Source: Proteromonas lacertae (lineage: Eukaryota). From it: DNA of 64,000 nt. Location of the stretch: positions 62,001 to 126,000 of the forward strand of contig NGBS01000014.1 in NCBI GenBank assembly GCA_002245135.1, written 5' to 3'. Made by a program: the position numbers and the translations under genes. Below, piece by piece: positions 54,414 through 64,000 of this stretch. The notes under the pieces were generated by a model. That model was not told where the DNA came from, did not search any database, and saw only the letters and a program-made list of their open reading frames with translations. Each line of letters begins with the position of its first letter. Position 1 is the stretch's first letter.

Positions 54414-55630
54414 TTAATGATGGTTTGTATATGGAATTGAAGGACTATACAAATAGGTTGGAATTATAAACGGAATTGAAAATGATGGCTTATAACTAAT
54501 CTCATCTAAATCTTCTTCATCATATATATTTTCATATTTACCTGTTGAGTCCATTATTAATAGAGGAAATGGTTCAAATGGTTCAAACGATATATTACTC
54601 GAATATATATTCTTATAATTAATACATTTCGATTGATCATGTGATTGAGGTATTGATGATGATAATTGTTGTTGATGATTTTGCTGTTGTTGTAATGGTT
54701 GCTGTTGTTGTTGTTGCTGTTGTAATGGTTGCTGTTGTTGTTGTTGTTGCTGCTGCTGCTGTTGTTGTTGTTGCTGTTGTTGTTGTTGTTGATGATGATG
54801 TTTTACATAATGATAACTATTTAATATTCTTTCTTGAATTGATTGTGGTTTAGGAGGTGGTGCTGGTTGAGGACTGTTATAATAAATATAATTACTTTGG
54901 ATATTTCTTCTTTTATTTGCATTTTCTGTTCCATATGCATTACTACTACGATTTATATAATATCTTTTCTTTGGAGGAGCTGTTGTTGATAATAATATTG
55001 AAGATGTTAATGAATTAATTGGATATAAGGAATAATTTGATTTATGAGCTGCTAAAAAATGAGCAGGAATTCTATCAATTGCTCTATTCGCTAAATTTAC
55101 TATTATAGTCCCTGACTCAGTATTAGACATTACACGATCTTCTCTTAATTGAGTTAATGTTGTTTTGTAAGTCTCATAATCACATTTTAATAGGTTATCT
55201 AATTGAACTATTAGTTCAGTATCTATTAAATCGATTTCTAAGTCGTTGTGAGTATTTGGGTTTGGAGTTTTAGATTTTTTTGCTCGAATTTGAAGTAAAT
55301 ATTGTATTTTCTCATCAGGAGTTTTAGGAACATTTTTTTCTGGTTCAATATGCTCTTTCAAAAAGTATTTTTGAGCATGACTTCTCACCTACAAGAAATT
55401 ATAAAAAATGAATAAAAATGTTTATATATATACTTGTGAAATTGTCCTACCACCCACAACTTCAGCTATTTTACTCCAATTCTTACCATATGTCTTATAA
55501 GCATTTACAAACAAGTCATGTTCTTCACTTGACCATCTTCCACTCAATAATCTTTTCTGTGGGTCAATCACAAGCTATAAAATATAAAGACAATTTATAC
55601 AGTTGCATTGGAATTAGGATACATCATCAT
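54414..55630 (-). CDS. SHAQKYF-class MYB transcription factor, 3 exons
   Basis: Spliced sequence GRWSSEEHDLFVNAYKTYGKNWSKIAEVVGGRTISQ|VRSHAQKYF, followed by a polyQ tract. Confidence 0.92.
54666..54791 (-). repeat. CAA/CAG polyglutamine microsatellite in the MYB gene
   Basis: (TGT/TGC)n run on the + strand, translated as the Q-tract. Confidence 0.95.
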
Positions 55631-55736
55631 CTTCTTAATTTTAAAACGAATATAATTTTTGAAACTTTTTTGACCGTTTTTATCCTTTTTTCTTCATTAT
55701 TGTAATATATACCAAAGAAAGTGAATTATAAATATT

Positions 55737-58072
55737 ATGGAAATAATAGTCAGAGATTATCCAGTATTTTATTTAAAATAGATTCTATAGAATCCGACTT
55801 TGGCTCCTACATCACAGACTCAACCACTTAGACCTAATCCATTTAAAGTAGATAGAACTTATTTTCACAGTTATAAATTTTCAAAGTCATTCAATGGTAA
55901 TATGTATCAGAATAATGGTTTAGAATCTGAAAAAAATAAAGAGCAAGGAAATAGTCCAAATCCATTGTGGAAGGAATGGCAGAAAGCATGTCAATTGGAA
56001 GAAAGAATAAGAGCAGCAAGATATAGAAGGAATAAAATAGTATAGTTAATAGAACTGATATAATAAAATTAGGAAAAAGCTATAGAGGCTAGAAAGAAGT
56101 ATTTAATTAAAGAAAGAGAAAAAATGAGAAAGATTGCTTTGGAACAAGCTCAGAAGGATGCTGTTAGATGTATAGAAAGAAATTGGAGAAGTTACAGAGC
56201 CAGGTTCTTCCTAGGAGCAAATTTAAAAAGATTTGTCAAACAAAAAGCAACAGTAACAATTCAAAAATGGGTGAGGGTAATACAAGCCAAAAAGAAACTA
56301 TTAAAATTGAAAGAAATAAGAGTAGAAAAGAAAGAAAAAGCAGCAGTTACTAGAATACAATCAGTATTTAGAATGTATCGTGTAAAAAAGAGTAGAAAAG
56401 ATTATAATAAATTCCTTCATAAACAAGCAACAATGATTCAAGCATTGTATAATAATTATATTTAATATTTATATTAAATAGATGGAGAGGATATAATAGT
56501 AGAATCAAAATATTCAATGCAAAAAATATCAGAAAGAAATCTCCATCCCCGAAAAGTTTCATATTAGCAGCTCCATCTGAAGATAATAGTAATAATGAAA
56601 TATATGAAAATAATAGTAAAATGCCTTTATCAAATGATGAAAATGGTCAATGGTTAAGAATAGGTGGAGGATATACAAATGTACCAAATGAAATAATTGA
56701 AGCAAATCCAAATAAAAGTAAGTTTGAGATAGCTCGAGAGTATGAAAGAAAAACTAGAATATCTGGCAGTAGAAGAAGAAGTACGTGTTATAATAAATGG
56801 ACAATAACAAAATATGATGAAATGCAGAAAGCTACGCAGAACTCATTATCCAAAGGATTTGAAGCAAATCAATATCCATTGTCTCCAACATTTGATAAAC
56901 ATCAAGATAAAGAAAAGAAGTATATATCCGATATGCAGTCAATTAATCCACGAACAATGACTCGAAATAGAAATAATAATAATAATAATAATCAATCTAG
57001 AGGAGGAAATGATGAATCTTTACAGTATTATGTTGATAGAAAAAGAAGACAAATAAATACTGAAATTGGTGTAATTGGTAGAAAAACATTTGAGAAATCA
57101 TTGAACCAAAATAGAAAGAAAAGAATTGTATTGAATGATCCAAATACCTATATTTGTGTATGTAATAAAATATGTAATAGATTATACCCATCTTGCTCAG
57201 AGTGTTATACTCCAAATCCATATTTTAATATAAATTCAAATGCAAATGGTAATAATAATAATAAAAATACAAATCATTCAATTAGACCAGTCCAAACTGA
57301 GTTATTATCACATTCAACAGGTGTTTCTTCTAAAACTATTCGTCAATCTTCAGTTGCTTCTAATTTCATGAAAAGTGTTTCTACAATTTCGTTTACTGAA
57401 TCATTACATAATAATAATAATAATATTTCTGAGAGTTTGTTATCCGATTATCCTAATAAAAAACAAACAATGAGTAGTAATAACAATAGAGAGATATTAC
57501 AATCACTATTTCCACCTATTCCTCCATCTAGAATTCAATTATCTAATAATGTTTCAACTCCATCTGATGAAGTTCCAAAATCAGAACATCAAATATATAT
57601 ATCATCATCATCATCACCAAAAACACCAATTTCAACTGTTTCATCTTCATTTAGACAACAACAACAACAACCAAATAATTCAAAATCATCAGTGTGTGAA
57701 TCAACTGAAAGAAGACCATCTTTACTAGAAACAACATTTCCAAAACCACCACAAAATCGAAAAAGTGTTTCTTCATCATTTACTGCAGCTAACTCCATTA
57801 ATCAGATGTTGGAATATCCTCAAAGATTCACTCAAGCTTTTAATGGTAGAGGAAAAGGATATAATCCTATTTCTGTAACAATACCAAGTAGATTTGAATA
57901 TGATGAAGATAACAATAACAATACTTTAATGAATAGTTTAATGTTTAGAGAAGGAGGAGAACCAATTGCTGTTCAGTATAATAGTACTATTACTGGAAAT
58001 GATGAATATGATGATGTAAATCCGTCTATTTTGAGTAATGCAAGAGTGGGATTGGTTAAAACAATATTGTAA
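55737..58072 (+). CDS. IQ-motif protein with RanBP2-like zinc finger and disordered tail
   Basis: IQ motifs IERNWRSYRAR, IQKWVRVIQAK, IQSVFRMYRVK and IQALWRGY (spliced); YICVCNKICNRLYPSCSECYTPNP. Three GT-AG introns. Confidence 0.75.
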
Positions 58073-58471
58073 TTTAATGTAATTTATTTTTAAATGAATG
58101 TGATTTATGTTTATTTTTATTTAATGAGTTATGAAGAATATACAGAAGAATTTGAATAGTTTTACAAAATGATATTTTCTAACTTGATCAGTGTTTCATA
58201 TTTATCTTTAAATGCATTTAAGAAGAAATACAATTAATTACGTATTAAATTCAATTTAATAAATTAAAAAAATAGAAAAAAATGAAAATGTAATGAAAAT
58301 TAATGAAAATTTTGAAGAGGAAGAAGATGAAGTAGAAGAAGTAAATATTGAACAAGGCACTCCTTGTTATTGATTATTAATTACTAATTACTACCATATA
58401 GTTTATATTGTTTTTCTTTTTTCAATAAAAATGAAAGAAATATATATAAATAGATATTAATTCTTTCTATT

Positions 58472-61400
58472 TTATTGTATATCTTTTTCATAACTCTTTA
58501 ATTGCATAAATGAAACACATATTGTAGTACTATTTTCAACTATTTTAAATAAAGCTTGTGATATTACACCATTTAATCTTCTTGTCATATTTTTCATATA
58601 TTCAGGATATTTGTCAACACATCTTGTTACTCTTGTTAAATCAACTTTCTCGTTAGGACTAATTATAAATAAACCACAACTATTTAAATATTGAATATCT
58701 TCATCAGAATCATTTGCATTAGTATAATCTCTAAATAGTTTTTGTAGAATCATTATCATTTCACTACTAAAATCATGCTTATCACTAACTGTAATTTGAA
58801 TACCAAATGGTCCAATTAAGGCATCAATGTCTGGAAATGAATATCTATAGCTTAAGTCTGTAAAAGAAAATTCATTATGTTTTTCTATTGTATTTTGTAA
58901 ATCTATATCACTAGTTACATTAGGAAAGGAAATGTTTCTATTTGTTTTATTATATATAGCTTTAAAGTCATTATTATTTTTACACATTTCATTAATGATC
59001 CTATCTCTAAAATTTTTACTGTGTTTCATTAAATACAATATTATTCCTTCATATAAATGACCTACCAAACTTCTATTAGGAGTTTTATTCAGTAAATTTA
59101 TCATAGCTATACATTCATCTTTATCATTTATTTTATATAATTCATTAATAACCATTTTTATCCTTTATTTTATATAATTTGCTGTATACCATTCTCTCTA
59201 TTGTTTCAGTTAGAAAAACCAAATGATTGGATTTAGTAACATCACCTTCATATGTATTGTATATAAAAATATCATCATAATCATAATCATAATCAGACTT
59301 TGACAGAGATGATATACTAACTCCTTCTATTATTGATTTAGCTTTCTCAACATCAATATCATTAATGGTATCAATCATTTTTTTCTCATTTTTATCATAA
59401 TTTCTAATTAATCCACCATAAAACTCATAATTATTTCTATAATAAGCTATAGTTTCTACATATTCTCTAACATCATTTTCCTTTATTCCTTCTGCATTTG
59501 CAAGATTTTTCAACTTCAGATAATGTTCATCATAATTTTTAGAGTATTTTGGATGTTTAATTCGAATTACTTTTTCTATTTCTTCTTTTGAAAATGGAGG
59601 TATATACATAATCAGAGGACATCTTTTACTTTGAAATGTTTTATATTCCTTTTTAGATGCATTAGCTAATAATATTATCATACTAGCATCAGGATAATCA
59701 TCTTCACCAATTACTGCTCTATCACCAACAACAATATATTCATTTGTATATTCACTTGTATGAACATATTCTTCATCTGTTCTATTTTCATCCTGTTCTT
59801 TATATTTTATATTTATTCTTCCTTCATAAATATCTTTAATATGTTCAATTATAACATCTGCTAATACTGATTTACCAATTTTTTTATTGCCTAGTATTAA
59901 ATATGTCTTTTGATGTGGACTTGTATTATTTATACCTTCATCAATTATTCTCAACATTTCTTTATAACATCTTCTCATTAAAAACAATTTTTTATTATAT
60001 GCAAATATTTCTATTTCATTTTCATCTTCTTTTTTGATATGAAATAATGGAAGTGGAAGTGGAGTTTTAACATCCACAAAAGGAAATGCTTTTATAAATT
60101 CTTCCAATTCAGAATTACTATTATCATCAACTTCTAAATCTTCTATTGTTGGTGATGGTTGTGGTGGTTGTGGTGGTGGATCTGTTGGAGATGAAATTGT
60201 AATATCATGATAAGATTCAATATTGTCTTCGTTTCTTATTATAGCATATTTAAAACTACCACTTTTAATCTCACTGTATTCCTATTTAACTATAAATATA
60301 TAATTTCATACTTTCATTGATTCCTTAATTTTTGTTTCGTCATCTAATCTCTCATCATTTAATGCTATTTTTATAAACACTTCATTCATTATTAAATCAA
60401 ACACATTAGTTTCATCCAATATATGATAAACAGAATGTAAACCACCAACAGGATAATGAACTAAAAGTTGTTTATCAGTATTATATTTGAAATTGGGATG
60501 TTCTTCTGTTAATGGAATTGTTTCTTTACTCAATTTGTATGATATTATTTGTTTCAGACATATCTTTTCCATATTTTTATCATTTACAGATTTATAACTA
60601 TTTCTTATATCATTATATTCTCTCTCATTTTTTGGTGGATAGAATTTGTAAATAATATATTTTTCAATATCATCAGATATGAATTTTAAATTCTCTTTTG
60701 GTTTCAATATATAATCTCTTAATTTATAATCCCATTCTGATTTCATGTCATATTTTAATAATATATTGGATAATGGAATACTTTTCAAATTGTTTCTATT
60801 TGAATATAGATTCAGAAATTCATTAAATCCTGTTGTACCAACTACACTATTCATTAATTGTTGATAATATTTCCAATAATCTTTACCATCATAATTTTCT
60901 TTATATAAATAATCAAAATAAATCTGTCTTGGGATATTACCATATCTATCACAAACATCTTTAAATTCTTCACTTTTAACATAATCATCAATTCTAATAT
61001 TATTACCAACATTAACATCTGCACATTCTTTAAACCACTCTGCTATTTCTTTATTATCTAATGAATCAAAATATAATTCTTTACAACCTGTATAACTCTT
61101 ATTATTCTCTTTATCTGGTGAACTAATTGAAATAATTGCATTATCCTCTCCAATGCCATTATAATTAATTGTATCAACTATTATTATCGATTCTGTTATT
61201 CTTTTAATATCTTTAATTTTCATTTCACTTTTCACTAGAGTATAATCATTTTTACTCTCATCATATTTAAATTCATAAATTCTTTCATCAATAAAAGATC
61301 CATTCTTCTTCCCTTTCATCACATATATTGGTCTATTCCAGTCAACTTCAAATATGTAGTGATTAAATCCAAATATATTCTCTGTGTATTCTTCAATTCC

Positions 61401-63141
61401 TTTTTTTCTTAATACTTCAATCTTGTTTTGAATTAATTTTGACAAATTTCTCATTTCTTCTATTCTATCATTAGGTTTTTTAATTTCATCTATTTCCTTT
61501 TGTTTTTCAATAATCTTCTTTCCATTTACTTCTTTTTCTAATAATATTTTATTAATCTCATTTAATTTATCTAATATTATACTTATCAATGCATATCCAA
61601 CCATTGTCATATCCTTGTATTGATTTTTATTTAATGTATTAAGTCTATCATCTTCATTCATAATGTAACAACAATATTCATCTAATTTTTCTATATCTTT
61701 AGTAATATTTTTTGAAGAAAGGAATTCACTAAGTCTTCCTGATGGTAATAATAATTCTTTAATTTCGTTTAATTTTTGTATAATCTTACCATTACAATGT
61801 TTTATAACTCTATTGTTATCGTTATTCAAACTATTCATAATGTTATCACATTCAGTTTTATTCACATTGATGAATTTATAATATCCAAATTTATCTTCTG
61901 TTATGTTTTTCATATCTTCACAAATATTTTTTACTTTTCTAACATCTTCATCTTTTATTATCTTTTCATTGTTTTCTTTTGTTAACTTTTCAATTTCTTC
62001 TTTCAATTCTTCTATTTTTACTTCAATTTCTTTATCATATTTTGTTATTATTTCATCCATTACAACCATTTCATCTTTATATCCAGCAATCTTTAAGTAA
62101 TTCTTCTGCTCTTCAGTATATTCTTTACATAAATTTGTCTTTAAAAAGTATAATAATGCATAAATGAAGGAAGTCTTTCCTATACCTGGTTGTCCTTCTA
62201 TTGTTATATTCTGATGAAGATTTTCTGATAATAATAAACAAATATGTCTAAACATTTGTTTATAACATTCTCTAATAAGAATTCTCTTTCTGGGGAATTG
62301 AAATACATTTACAGATTCATCAAACTCTAACAACTCTATACCATTATCTACACTTAATTTTAAAGAATTTACTATTCTGATGAAAGCATCTTCTTTATTT
62401 ATATCAACACCTGCTAATGGAAAAGAAATTGGAATATTTGTATTTCTCGAAAATAATCCACCACCTGTATTGTTTGGGAATAATCTACCTCCTGTATTAC
62501 CACCAAATTGATTATTATTGTTATTTTGGCCAAATAAACCACCATTTGTATTGTTTGACATTAATCCAACACTTGTATTGTTTGACAATAAATCGCCACT
62601 TCTATCACCACCTTTGTCACTATCTAGAAATAAACGATTTACGATATGCTGTAATTCATTCTCACTTAACTGTAGACTCTTTGACCTTTTGCGTACCTGA
62701 GTAGAAATATATCCACTCTTTTCTTCTTTGCATTTTCCACTACATACATTTACACTTCTTTCTCTTTTACTTGAAATATCTGACCTATAAACAATATAAT
62801 ACTATATATTTACTTTGCTTCTACTTGAGGAAGATTCTTACCAAATATTTTACCCTCATTCATCTTTGATACATCATTAACAGAAGAAGGAAGTGGTGGA
62901 ACTGGGTTTGAACTTACACTTGGTGGTTGATTACAACAACTCTCATCATTCTTCTCATACAATAAAACATCTACTTTTTTTACAACTGTAACTGCAGGAA
63001 TTTGCCTATAAACATTACAACATTTAATATTTACCCAGTTTGTGAATTATCAAGATATATTTCACCCTCATCGATCTTTGACTCTTCATTCTTTGGTCTA
63101 TGGCGGTTTTTATTAAGCTTTGATGCTTTATTTTTATTCAT
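58472..63141 (-). CDS. Crinkler/RHS-type protein: GLFG-like repeats, two P-loop NTPases, C-terminal PD-(D/E)xK nuclease; frameshift at ~59155
   Basis: Three GT-AG introns join ATG 63141 to the ORFs starting at 62588 and 60107 in frame. Motifs: LIRECY...GQPGIGKT, LMRRCY...GNKKIGKS, YGG..R, GHLYE and FPDIDA...IQITVSDKH. Confidence 0.75.
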
Positions 63142-63607
63142 AATAAATTTGAATGAATCAAGCCAATTAAATCAATCAAGCCATCCAATCAAATCTCTTT
63201 AAAATTATTCATTTTGTTTATGTATTGCAATTATAAAGAATATTAAAGAAATAATTAGTCAATCAATGTGTTATGTTATTGTATTTATGATATTATAATT
63301 AGTTTTATAATCACTTGAATTGTGTGATTAGTCATTTCTATTATTTTTTGATATACTGATGATTATATCCAGAACTAGCAATATATGATAAGAATTGTTA
63401 TATCGTTTTTCTGTATTAAGTAAAAATGTCAAACAACACTCTATATTCAAACTATATGTTATTTTCTTAAATAAATATCTTTCAAGGTTGAAACTACCCT
63501 TATTAGTTTATCATTTTCTAGTTTAAAATTTGTCATTTGAGAAATTGTTTATTTCAGTGGTTTTTTGATAAAATATAATATAAAAATAATTTAAAGATAA
63601 TTTCTAT

Positions 63608-64000
63608 TTAATTATTTCTTATCCAAATTATCTTCTTTTTATCATTTTCTTCTTCAATAAATCTTTCATCTTCAAATACCATCTGTTTCACACTTGGCCA
63701 TACTATTCTTACCACCATCAATGGAAGTGATAATTCTTGAGCTGCTTTATGTTGTAGAATATTGATACTTCTGGAATTCTTTCTAGAAGGTGATATTCCA
63801 TTTGATGCTCTCATATCAAATGAATTGATTATTATATTTGATATTTTATCAGCATACATACATTTTAATATTCCATCTCTTATCAATTTCAATATGAATA
63901 AAATGAATGTAATTGCTATTATTGAAATCTATATGAAATATAAACATAAAATCTATTTTATTATTATTATTATACAAACACTATATTGAAATGTTCTTTT
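63608..64000 (-). CDS. 3' end of a gene running off the right edge, possibly Man1/Src1 C-terminal domain
   Basis: TM helix ISIIAITFILFIL after a ...TAG acceptor, then RIVWPSVKQMVFEDERF...IIW, which resembles the MSC winged-helix end. Confidence 0.35.

Noticed and set aside
55576..55622. GTATCCT as a U12 GT-AG donor in the MYB gene
   Set aside because: Using it causes an immediate stop, while the downstream GTATAA donor keeps the frame.
1..64000. Stop-codon reassignment as the cause of fragmented ORFs
   Set aside because: Almost all breaks resolve as short introns. The 4434-aa dynein ORF has no internal stops, and TAA, TAG and TGA each occur at gene or paralogue ends.
1..64000. Blastocystis-type stop codons made by polyadenylation (TGTTTGTT signal)
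   Set aside because: Every gene I rebuilt has a genomic stop and I saw no consistently placed TGTTTGTT. It cannot be fully excluded without 3' reads.
1..64000. CRISPR arrays, tRNA, rRNA or intact transposase/RT genes
   Set aside because: None recognised. The repeats are paralogous genes, coding duplications or microsatellites.

Overview
Very AT-rich, gene-dense eukaryotic DNA, not prokaryotic. Genes carry dozens of tiny GT(AT)...(T/A)AG spliceosomal introns (about 24-50 nt in the junctions I rebuilt by hand), so most listed ORFs are exons. I rebuilt about 22 protein genes plus a U2 snRNA. Tiny introns, minor-type introns, plant-type TOP6B, a BTB/Ig-like protein and cytoplasmic dynein suggest a Blastocystis-like stramenopile (inference, not verified). 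Highlights: (1) two introns that cannot be GT-AG, with U12-type donors and branch sites but AT-AA and AT-AT ends; (2) a ~1500-aa Crinkler/RHS-type protein with GLFG-like repeats and tandem NTPase-nuclease modules, broken by a frameshift in a 37-nt duplication; (3) three pseudokinase-LRR paralogues with all-phase-1 LRR exons and mosaic identity; (4) a catalytically dead papain-like gene with one in-frame TAA; (5) a U2 snRNA with a variant Sm site and an extra UUCG hairpin; (6) SWEET paralogues with an identical 5' block. Gene models are manual and have no RNA support.
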